Part shown: piece after piece, positions 1 to 8,414 of the stretch
Numbering within the stretch: the stretch's first letter is position 1
Layout of the letters: each line of letters starts with the position of its first letter
The notes under the pieces: model-generated
Told to the model about the DNA's origin: nothing
Databases searched by the model: none
The model's input: the letters and a program-made list of their open reading frames with translations, nothing else
Translations under genes and position numbers: made by a program
Source: a virus
Virus record (IMG/VR): IMGVR_UViG_3300003320_000592
Coordinates: 1,054 to 65,053 of that record
Strand: one strand, 5' to 3'
DNA length: 64,000 bases

Positions 1-16
1 GCTCAACAGCTTCACC

Positions 17-961
17 ATGGGCACCGCGTACGCGTTCGCCGGCGGCGGCGTCGCACCCCCGCTCACGCCTCCGGTGGCCCTGGCCGCGGTGCAGACCGCG
101 GGGAACATGGTCCCCGCAGCCGACTCCGACTTCGAGCTGCCGTGGACCGGCCTGTGGACCCCGCAGGCACTGATCTCCTCGCTCGGCACGTCCACCGACT
201 GGGCCGCCACCGGCACGCACTCGATGAAGGCCACGGTGACCGCCGCGGGCACCGCGTCCGCCGCGTACACGGCGCTGTCCGTGGTCGCCGGAATCACGTA
301 CTCGGCCAGTGCGCGCGTGCGGGCCGGGTCCGGCAGCGGCACCGCGACACTGCTCGGGCAGTGGCTCAACAGCTCCCTGGGCAACATCGGGTCGCCGGTC
401 ACCTTCGCGACGGGCACCGCGACGACCGGCAGCACGGGGCTCCAGCTCAGCGGCCTGCAAGCCGCACCGGCCGGCGCCGCGTACCTCGCCCTGTCCGTCA
501 GCTACGTCGCGTCCGGGGCCACCACCTTCTACGTGGACACGGTCGTGGCCACGAAGGGTGTCTACTACAGCAGCGCGATCCTGAACTCCGGCACGACCGA
601 CACCTGGCCGGTCATCACGATCACCGGTCCGTGCACCAACCCGTCGATCGTGTACCCGAGCAGCTCCGTGTCCCTGATGCTGCAGACCTCGCTGACCGCC
701 AGCCAGACGGCCGTGATCTCCACCGTGCCGTGGAACCGGTATGTCGGCGTCACCTCGTCCCTGGGCGCCGACCCGTACGGGTCCACCGCGATCAGCGCGT
801 CGCTGAGCGGGTCGGTGCGCGGGAACTCGCTCGACGACCTCATGGCCCCGGCCGGGGCGCTGATCCCGGTCACCTACTCCTCGCAGGATCTGACCGGCAA
901 CTCTCGCTGCACCGTATCCTGGCGCAACGCTTTCAAGATGATCGGAGGGTCGGTGCCGTGA
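17..961 (+). CDS. Distal tail (Dit-like)/minor tail protein with carbohydrate-binding-like insert; may start before the window
   Basis: C-terminal NSGTTDTWPVITITGPCTNPSI...WRNAF pattern typical of siphophage Dit; lies upstream of tail-tip genes. Confidence 0.65.
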   Translation: MGTAYAFAGGGVAPPLTPPVALAAVQTAGNMVPAADSDFELPWTGLWTPQALISSLGTSTDWAATGTHSMKATVTAAGTASAAYTALSVVAGITYSASARVRAGSGSGTATLLGQWLNSSLGNIGSPVTFATGTATTGSTGLQLSGLQAAPAGAAYLALSVSYVASGATTFYVDTVVATKGVYYSSAILNSGTTDTWPVITITGPCTNPSIVYPSSSVSLMLQTSLTASQTAVISTVPWNRYVGVTSSLGADPYGSTAISASLSGSVRGNSLDDLMAPAGALIPVTYSSQDLTGNSRCTVSWRNAFKMIGGSVP

Positions 962-1932
962 GCTGGACACAGGGCCTGTGGGCGGTCGACGGGAACACGC
1001 TGGACGCGTCGCTGTGGCGCCAGCAGCTGTACGCGTCGAGCATGAAGAACTCCGGGATCATGGCGCCCACCGACCTCAAGGTGACGGCGTTCTCGACGCC
1101 CGGCGCCGGGGTCAATGTGGCGGGCGGCTCGTGCATCATCGCCGGGAAGGAGCTGTCCGGCGGCCAGCAGGGCAGCTACTACGGCTTCAACAACGGCACC
1201 GACACCGTGTCCGTGGCCGCCACCGGCGGATCCGCACGCTCCGACCTGATCATCGCAAGGGTCGAGGACCCCACGTTCAGCGGATCCCCCTGGACGTGGA
1301 ACCCGGCCACCCAGAACCTGATCTACTCCCGGAACGTCTCCGGGGTCTCCGGGAGCACCACGACCGTGCCGGCGGGCACGACCGGGATCCCCCTGGCGAG
1401 GATCGACATCCCGGCCAGCACGTCCGCCATCACCAACGCGATGATCACGGATCTGCGGGCGCTGGCCAACCCGATCCGCGAGACCGACCTGTACGTCCTG
1501 ACCCCCACGGCGACGGACGCCATGGTCGCAGGCACCGACAGCAAGACCGTCTATCGCAACTGGGGGCCGGCGTTCCCCGCCGTCGCCATCCCGAGCTGGG
1601 CCGTGACGATGCGCGTCATGTTCATGGTCACGGCCGCGGCGGTCGGCGGCACCACCTACGGCATCTCCGTCGCGATCCAGCTCAAGGTCGGGTCCTCCAT
1701 CACCTCGCAGCCCGGGGGCATCGGCGACCCCGGCAACGGCGCGGGCAACACCGGGTTCCTGGCCACCGGGATGCTCGGCGACAACATCAACGTGTCCTCG
1801 CTCCAGGGCCAGACCGTGACGGTGCAGCCGCAGGCGCGCATCGCCAACATCGCCAACGTGCAGGGCTCGATGACGGTCAACACATGGAGCACGCTGACCC
1901 TGACCTGCTACTTCTTGGAAGCCCCGCAATAG
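958..1932 (+). CDS. Minor tail protein
   Basis: GTG start overlaps upstream TGA (GTGA); GVNVAGGSCII...SARSDLIIARVED...IPLARIDIPA...ITDLR is typical of actinophage minor tail proteins. Confidence 0.7.
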   Translation: MSWTQGLWAVDGNTLDASLWRQQLYASSMKNSGIMAPTDLKVTAFSTPGAGVNVAGGSCIIAGKELSGGQQGSYYGFNNGTDTVSVAATGGSARSDLIIARVEDPTFSGSPWTWNPATQNLIYSRNVSGVSGSTTTVPAGTTGIPLARIDIPASTSAITNAMITDLRALANPIRETDLYVLTPTATDAMVAGTDSKTVYRNWGPAFPAVAIPSWAVTMRVMFMVTAAAVGGTTYGISVAIQLKVGSSITSQPGGIGDPGNGAGNTGFLATGMLGDNINVSSLQGQTVTVQPQARIANIANVQGSMTVNTWSTLTLTCYFLEAPQ

Positions 1933-3228
1933 ATGGCCGAACGGTGGCAGTACATCGCCCAGCGCATCCTCGACGGCACCTGGCTGGACCGGGTCGGTGC
2001 GCAGATGTCGTCCGTCACGATGACCTGGGACCTGGCCACCGACCAGTTCCAGGGCACGATCACCCCGCAGGACAAGCAGCGGATCGCGTCCGACGGGAGG
2101 CCGCTGTTCGACGAGTGGTCCACCGCGATCTACGCGGTCGAGTCCGGCGTCATCCGCTGGGGCGGCATCCTGGTCGACTCCGACTTCACCGGTCCCGGGT
2201 GGACGCTGAACTGCCTCGGATTCCGCGGATACCCGAACGGAAACATCTACAACGGCGCCGTGTACTCGCAGAACGCCGTCGACCCGCTGGACGTGACCCG
2301 GTACATCTGGTCGTACCTGCAGTCGCAGCCCAACGGCAACCTCGGGATCACCGTGGATGCCACGGCCAGCAACGCCCGCGTCGGCAAGGCCGCGTACATC
2401 ATCGCGACCGGAAGCATGACCCTCACGCAGATCGGCAACGTGGTCAACCTGACCGTGGCGCAGCTGCAGGCGCTCAACACCCTGGCCAACCGGCAGGCCA
2501 ACGGATTCACCTACCAGACGCTGTCCTCGACCGCGGTCATCCCCAAGGGCGTGTACGTGATCACGGGGCTGACCCCGTACGTACTGGCCTGGTACAACGC
2601 CACCGACTGCGGGCAGGAGCTGTCCAACCTGGCGCAGACCGCCCCGTTCGACATGTCCGAGTCGCACGCGTGGGCCGACTCGTCGCAGAACACCGTCTCG
2701 CACCGGCTCGTCCTCGGATACCCCAGGGTCGGCACGCGCCAGCTGAACCTGCGGTTCGTCGAGGGCGAGAACATCACAGCCCTGGTCGACGTGTCCCGCG
2801 ACGGGACGAAGTACGCCAACGAGGTGCTGGGGATCGGCGCGGGGACCGGGTCCACCTCGATCCGGGTGTCCGTGGGTGCGCCGGACACGAACCGGCTGCG
2901 CCGGTGCGGGTCGGTCGTGAACCAGACGATCAACGGGGCCGACCAGATGACGTCCCTGGCGCAGCGGGCGCTGACGACGCTGCAGGCGCCGCTGGCCGGG
3001 GAGATCTCCAGCTGCACCTGGCGCAACCACCCGAACGCGCCGCTCGGCAGCTTCGCCCAGGGCGACGACATCCTCATCTCGGTGCGCAACGGGTGGATGG
3101 CCGGGCAGGACATCTGGCACCGCGTCACGTCGTACACCTACAACCCGGACACGCGCACCGGCACGCTCACCCTGGCGCGCAGCGACTCGTTCACGTACGA
3201 CCCGTCCGGAACCACGGTGACGACATGA
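1933..3228 (+). CDS. Minor tail protein (baseplate hub/Tal, ReqiPepy6 gp37-like)
   Basis: 431 aa; VIRWGGILV, YANEVLGIGAG motifs; follows Dit. Confidence 0.65.
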   Translation: MAERWQYIAQRILDGTWLDRVGAQMSSVTMTWDLATDQFQGTITPQDKQRIASDGRPLFDEWSTAIYAVESGVIRWGGILVDSDFTGPGWTLNCLGFRGYPNGNIYNGAVYSQNAVDPLDVTRYIWSYLQSQPNGNLGITVDATASNARVGKAAYIIATGSMTLTQIGNVVNLTVAQLQALNTLANRQANGFTYQTLSSTAVIPKGVYVITGLTPYVLAWYNATDCGQELSNLAQTAPFDMSESHAWADSSQNTVSHRLVLGYPRVGTRQLNLRFVEGENITALVDVSRDGTKYANEVLGIGAGTGSTSIRVSVGAPDTNRLRRCGSVVNQTINGADQMTSLAQRALTTLQAPLAGEISSCTWRNHPNAPLGSFAQGDDILISVRNGWMAGQDIWHRVTSYTYNPDTRTGTLTLARSDSFTYDPSGTTVTT

Positions 3229-5000
3229 TCGAGAGCGACCTGGCCAAGACCGTCGCCTCCCTGTCCAGGCAGGTGGTGCAGCTACAGCAGAACGTGAAGC
3301 TGCTGCGGCAGGCCCAGACGCAGAGCCAGCTCGGCCGGTCCAGCATCGACGACGGATTTCTCACCGTGATCAGCGGCGGGACGGTCCGGCAGATCATCGG
3401 GCTGCAACCCGACGGAACCGTCACCTCCGTCGACCAGAACGGGCCGGCCCCGCCCGCGCCCTCGACCCCGACCGTGACCTCGACCCCCGCCGGACTGACC
3501 ATCGCATGGGACGGCACCTTCGCCGCGGGGGCGGCCCAGCCCCTCGACTTCTCCGACGTCGAAGTGCACCTGTCCACGTCCTCCGGCTTCACCCCGAGCA
3601 GCGCCACGCTCCGCGGAGTCCTGCTCAAGGCCGGACAGGTGACCCTGGCACCCCTGTCGTTCGGCACCACGTACTACACCGTGCTGGTCGCCGCCAACAC
3701 GTCCGGCGTCAAGAGCACGCCGAGCACGCAGACGTCCGGCGTCCCCTCGACCGTCCTGGTCTCCCCGGTCACCGCCAGCGCCATCGGATACATCGGCGTG
3801 CTGAACGCGAACCCGTACCTGACCGGAGGGGACGGGACCGGGTGGATCGCGGGCGGCAGCCCGGTCGGCACCGTCAGCGTCGTGAACACCCAGCCGTCCG
3901 GATCCCCCTACGCCTACGCGCTGAAGCTGGTCTCCAGCAGCACCGGCACAGGGACCGCGTCCGAGCAGGGACCTCCCGCGTTCCCGGCCCTGGCCGGACA
4001 GCAGTACATGGTGACCGGGCTGTTCTACACGCCGGGCACCGCGGTGGACCTCGGCCTGTCCTTCCTGCTGGCCGGGTCCTGGGTCGCCGACGTCACCCAG
4101 ACGCTCCCGATCACACCGAACACCTGGACGCAGCTGACGGCGGTCATCACCGCGCCGTCGTCCGGCATCGACAGCGCCGGGCCGGTGTTCTCCACGGACG
4201 CGCAGTCCAGCACGTACACCATGTACGGCCAGGCCATCACCGCACTCCCGCAAGTGCCCGGCGGCTTGATCCAGACCGGGACGATCACCGCCGTGCAAAT
4301 CGCGGCGGGCACAGTCGTCGCCGGGATCATCGACGGCACCACGATCGACACGGCCACGCTCGAAGTGGGCGCCTCGGGCACGGGCAACGGCGTTTTCGTC
4401 TACGACGGCGTGCCGAACTTCGGCAACCTGGTCGTCTCCATAGCCGCGCAGGCGGGCACCGACGCGTACGGCAACACCTACTCGGCCGGGCTCACCGTCA
4501 GCCCGAGCTGGGGCGCCGTGGACGGATCCAACATCCTCGACGGGACGCTCGCGGGCACCGCCCTGGCCGACCTGGCCGTCACGGCGCAGCAGATCGCCAA
4601 CGACACGATCACAGCCGCGCAGCTCGGCGCCGCCTCGGTCACCGCCACCGAGCTGGCTGCCGGGGCCGTGTACCCGGGCGCCATTCAGACAGGGGCCGTG
4701 ACGGCCAACGCCATCGCCGCCGACGCCATCGTGGCCGGTCTGATCGCGGCCGGGGCGATCGACGCCATGGACATCACCACCGGTACCCTGACCGTGGCGG
4801 GCTCTCAGGGACAGATCCTCGTCTACGACGGAGCGGCGGGCCCCGGCACGCTGTTCGTCTCGATCGCGGGCGAGCCGGGCATCGACGACTATGGAAACAG
4901 CTACCCGGCCGGCATCGCGGTGACCAACAACGGGACCATCCTGGGAGCGGACCTCATCATCCAGCCCTCCCAGGGCGCACTGATCGGATACAGCCAGTGA
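3225..5000 (+). CDS. Tail fibre/tip protein (coiled-coil start, FN3-like, carbohydrate-binding-like, then ITA..IAA pentapeptide repeats)
   Basis: ATG overlapping upstream stop (ATGA); PPAPSTPTVT...LTIAWDG FN3-like segment; AVTANAIAADAIVAGLIAAG repeats. Confidence 0.65.
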   Translation: MIESDLAKTVASLSRQVVQLQQNVKLLRQAQTQSQLGRSSIDDGFLTVISGGTVRQIIGLQPDGTVTSVDQNGPAPPAPSTPTVTSTPAGLTIAWDGTFAAGAAQPLDFSDVEVHLSTSSGFTPSSATLRGVLLKAGQVTLAPLSFGTTYYTVLVAANTSGVKSTPSTQTSGVPSTVLVSPVTASAIGYIGVLNANPYLTGGDGTGWIAGGSPVGTVSVVNTQPSGSPYAYALKLVSSSTGTGTASEQGPPAFPALAGQQYMVTGLFYTPGTAVDLGLSFLLAGSWVADVTQTLPITPNTWTQLTAVITAPSSGIDSAGPVFSTDAQSSTYTMYGQAITALPQVPGGLIQTGTITAVQIAAGTVVAGIIDGTTIDTATLEVGASGTGNGVFVYDGVPNFGNLVVSIAAQAGTDAYGNTYSAGLTVSPSWGAVDGSNILDGTLAGTALADLAVTAQQIANDTITAAQLGAASVTATELAAGAVYPGAIQTGAVTANAIAADAIVAGLIAAGAIDAMDITTGTLTVAGSQGQILVYDGAAGPGTLFVSIAGEPGIDDYGNSYPAGIAVTNNGTILGADLIIQPSQGALIGYSQ

Positions 5001-5054
5001 CAGAGATCATCGCTCCGCCCATCACCCTGACGCTCGCGGGAAAGGAAGGCCTCG

Positions 5055-5453
5055 ATGGCCGCACTGACGACGATACAGGCCGCGGCCCTGCTGAAGGCGT
5101 CGCTCGGGGTGGCGACCCTGACCGCGTTCTCCGGGTCGGCCAAGATCCGGCTGACGACCACGGCGCCGACGGCCACGACGGCAGGCACTGAGCTCTCCGG
5201 GTCCGGGTATACCGCGGGCGGCACGGCCGTCTCCTTCAACACGACGTCCTCGAACTCGACGACCGGGCCCACGTCCACCATCTCGTGGACCAACGCGTCT
5301 GGATCGACGTGGTCCATCGTCGGCATCGAGATCTGGGACTCGGCGGGCACACCGGTCCGCTGGTGGTTCGGCACCTGGACCGGTCAGCCGATCTCCGTGG
5401 CGAACGGGAACACCTTCACGGTGTCCACCGGGGCCGTCACCGTGCAGATCTAA
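5055..5453 (+). CDS. Small minor tail protein
   Basis: GGAAGG RBS; TELSGSGY...IVGIEIWDSAG...GNTFTV pattern seen in phage tail accessory proteins. Confidence 0.55.
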   Translation: MAALTTIQAAALLKASLGVATLTAFSGSAKIRLTTTAPTATTAGTELSGSGYTAGGTAVSFNTTSSNSTTGPTSTISWTNASGSTWSIVGIEIWDSAGTPVRWWFGTWTGQPISVANGNTFTVSTGAVTVQI

Positions 5454-5465
5454 GGGAGACCTGCC

Positions 5466-6791
5466 GTGAGCGTGTCCTTCGTCCGGTCCACGTACAACCG
5501 GGTCTCCACCGGCTCGGTGTCCTCGATGACGCTGTCCATCAGCGCGTCGGCGGGACAGCTGATCGTGGTCGAGGGGTTCCCGTCCGGCGGGTCGTCGAGC
5601 ACGCCGGTGAGCTCCATCACGGACAACGGCGGCAACACCTACGCCATCCCGAGCAACTACTCCAGCAACATGGCCGAGTACACCGGCGGCTCCGGGATGT
5701 TCATCGCGTACAGCAACGCCGGCCATTCCATGTCGTCGGTCACGGTCAACATCCCGACCGCGAGCGAGCTGACGGTCTGCGTGTCCGTGTACAGCGGCGC
5801 GCAGACCTCGTTCCCGGTTCGACAGAGCACGAACGGCACCAGCACGTCCCTGGCGTTGAGCGCGCTGGCAGGCGGCCTGGTCGTCGGCGGCGCCAATACC
5901 TCCAGCGGAACGTCGGTCAGTGGCCTGTCCACGCTGACCACCATCCGCGGCAATCTGGCGGGTTATGGGCTGCCGGGCTACGACCACACGGTGACGTTCT
6001 CCTGGTCCCCGACGCAGAACGCCCCGTCGGTGTTCACCGAGTTCTACCAGGGCCCCACGGCCATCACCGTCTACGGCGCCGCCGCTCTGTCCGACGCCGA
6101 GTCGCTGTCGGCCAAGGTGAACATCGGCCCGACGGCCGCACTCACCTCAACGGACATGCTCACAGCCAAATCGGGAGCCAACCCGCAGGTGGCCTTCAGC
6201 GCGGTCTACCCGGCGCAGAACGATCCGAACGGGATTCCGCTGCACTCCGGCCTGGCCACGTATCACTATCCGTCACCCACGGCGACCACCTACGACTACT
6301 GGGCTGCCCTGCAAAACGGGTTGCTGGCCTTCGGTGCCGGATCCGTCGTCGGCACTCTCGGATCACTCAACAGCACGCCCACCTGGACCGACTCCGGGAG
6401 CAATACGTTGGGGATGGTGCGCGCGTATAGCGCACGGTGCACCAGCACTCGCTCGAATCCGGGCAATACGCCTACGATCCTCAACGGAGCCACTGGCACC
6501 ATCGTAATCACCGGATCCAATGCCACCGTACACGTCGTGACCACCTTCGATATGCAGGCGGGTGCCGCCACCAGCATGACCGGCCACTTTTACTGGAATG
6601 GGGTGGACCAGTCGGCACAAGCTGTCTTCGTGGCCACCGCAGCAGGCCAGCGCGGCACCGTAGGGCAGACCTATACACTCACAGGCATCACAGCTGGTTC
6701 GTACGCAGTGGCGCTATACGCCACGTCCAGTGCAGCAGGCCAAATCAACGCCACTCACAGCGGATTTAACATACTGGTTATCGATCAATGA
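5466..6791 (+). CDS. Ser/Thr/Gly-rich tail-associated protein with lower-GC C-terminal part
   Basis: GGGAG RBS; ITDNGGNTY-type N-terminal domain; position in tail cluster. Confidence 0.55.
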   Translation: MSVSFVRSTYNRVSTGSVSSMTLSISASAGQLIVVEGFPSGGSSSTPVSSITDNGGNTYAIPSNYSSNMAEYTGGSGMFIAYSNAGHSMSSVTVNIPTASELTVCVSVYSGAQTSFPVRQSTNGTSTSLALSALAGGLVVGGANTSSGTSVSGLSTLTTIRGNLAGYGLPGYDHTVTFSWSPTQNAPSVFTEFYQGPTAITVYGAAALSDAESLSAKVNIGPTAALTSTDMLTAKSGANPQVAFSAVYPAQNDPNGIPLHSGLATYHYPSPTATTYDYWAALQNGLLAFGAGSVVGTLGSLNSTPTWTDSGSNTLGMVRAYSARCTSTRSNPGNTPTILNGATGTIVITGSNATVHVVTTFDMQAGAATSMTGHFYWNGVDQSAQAVFVATAAGQRGTVGQTYTLTGITAGSYAVALYATSSAAGQINATHSGFNILVIDQ

Positions 6792-6800
6792 GGAATCAAT

Positions 6801-7046
6801 ATGTCCAGTGAAGAAGTTGACACTACTTACCTGGTGTCCATCAACGGCCCGTACGGAATGGCATTCGGAACCTTCAGTTCGGGTGAATTCGGGGACCAAT
6901 GGACAGACGAGTTCGCTCTGTCCATCGCCGCCGCATTGAACAGCCTGACATGGCCCGAGGGAAGCAGCTATTACGTCCAGAAGGTTGTCAACAACAAGAC
7001 CACATCAGATCCGGACCTCACCGCCGATCCACCCGTCTTCGACTAG
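6801..7046 (+). CDS. Hypothetical protein
   Basis: GAGGAA RBS, 81 aa, tightly packed. Confidence 0.55.
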   Translation: MSSEEVDTTYLVSINGPYGMAFGTFSSGEFGDQWTDEFALSIAAALNSLTWPEGSSYYVQKVVNNKTTSDPDLTADPPVFD

Positions 7047-7106
7047 GCGGCGCTGTCGCAACAGGGACACCAAGAGCACAATGACCGTAGGAATCACGAG
7101 GAGGCA

Positions 7107-7793
7107 GTGATGGCGATTGACCGGGGCATGGCAGGCGACGGGATGGGCGTCGGCGCCGTGCTGACGGACGGCGGCCGGGAGACCGGCAGCATCCGCATCG
7201 AGAAGTTCGACGCCGACCAGAGCCACTGGGTGACCCGGAAGCTGTTCGGGCACCTGGGCGCGGACCGGCTGGAGGACGTGCCCGGCCTGGCACTGCCCCA
7301 GAGCAGCTTCCAGGAGTTCAACGTCGCGCCGTCCGACGTGTACACCCGGGACGACTGCAACCTGATCACCAAGGCGGGGTGGGACCACTGCCTGCTGGCC
7401 GCGAACTGGAACGGCGGCACGCACAACACGCAGTTCTCCGCCACCGTCGGCCGCATCGGCATCGGGACCGGGTCAACCACACCCGCGTACGGCGACACCG
7501 CGCTCACGTCGGTCACCGGCCTGACCGGCACCGGCAACTGGGTGCTGTGCGGCGCGGCCCCGACGATCTCCGATGCCAGCTCGCCTGCCACCGTCGCGTT
7601 CACGGCCAGCTTCACCTCCGCCTTCGGGACCGGGGCCGCCTGGCAGGAGTTCGCCGTGGACGCGGGCACGTCGAGCGCGGGCACGAACACCGTGACCGCG
7701 GTCGCCGACATGGTCAACCACGGCCTGGCCACGCCCGGCACCAAGGGCGCGAGCACCACGTGGACCGTCACGGTCACGCTGAGCTTCACCTAG
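7107..7793 (+). CDS. Minor tail/structural protein
   Basis: GAGGAGG RBS; RIGIGTGSTTPAYGDTAL...WQEFAV...GTKG..WTVTVTLSF pattern. Confidence 0.6.
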   Translation: MMAIDRGMAGDGMGVGAVLTDGGRETGSIRIEKFDADQSHWVTRKLFGHLGADRLEDVPGLALPQSSFQEFNVAPSDVYTRDDCNLITKAGWDHCLLAANWNGGTHNTQFSATVGRIGIGTGSTTPAYGDTALTSVTGLTGTGNWVLCGAAPTISDASSPATVAFTASFTSAFGTGAAWQEFAVDAGTSSAGTNTVTAVADMVNHGLATPGTKGASTTWTVTVTLSFT

Positions 7794-7805
7794 GAAGGCC
7801 CGCAC

Positions 7806-8387
7806 ATGTCCTTCCTGAGCGGATCCAACACAGAGCTGATCTACGCCAGCGACAACCCCGGAACGGCGAAGAACACTTTCACCTCCGAGGTCACGATCAA
7901 CGACCAGACCGGCATGGGCGGCCTGGCCGCGAACATCCCGGCCGGATTCATCAGCAAGTCGCGCATCGGCCTGCACTTCATCGTCCGCGGCATCCTGTCG
8001 AGCACTGGAACGCCGACCTACACGTTCACCCTGCGCTCAGGCTCGATCGGCAGCACGTCGGCCGCGATCCTGCTCGGATCGGCGGCGCTGACCACCGCGT
8101 CGTCGGTCACGAACAAGGGCTGGGAGTTCGAGGGGTCGGTCATCTTCAAGGACCCGGCGGGCACGGGCGCCGCGTCCTCCGGAACCGGCGCAGGAATGAT
8201 CGACAGCCCCGCCGGACTGGCATCTCCGTTCACCTATGAGCTGTGGGGCGCCGCAACGCAGCCGGGCACCTTTTCCACGTTCGACCCCACGATCCAGAAC
8301 TTCTTCAACTTCAACGTGGCGTGCTCGGCGTCGTCGTCGTCGAACTCGATCCAAGTGATCCAAATGCTCGTCTTCGGGCTCAACTGA
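7806..8387 (+). CDS. Structural protein, beta-rich
   Basis: AGGAAGG RBS, operon packing, high-GC codon usage. Confidence 0.55.
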   Translation: MSFLSGSNTELIYASDNPGTAKNTFTSEVTINDQTGMGGLAANIPAGFISKSRIGLHFIVRGILSSTGTPTYTFTLRSGSIGSTSAAILLGSAALTTASSVTNKGWEFEGSVIFKDPAGTGAASSGTGAGMIDSPAGLASPFTYELWGAATQPGTFSTFDPTIQNFFNFNVACSASSSSNSIQVIQMLVFGLN

Positions 8388-8414
8388 CCTGACAGGAGGA
8401 TCGGAGGCGACGGC

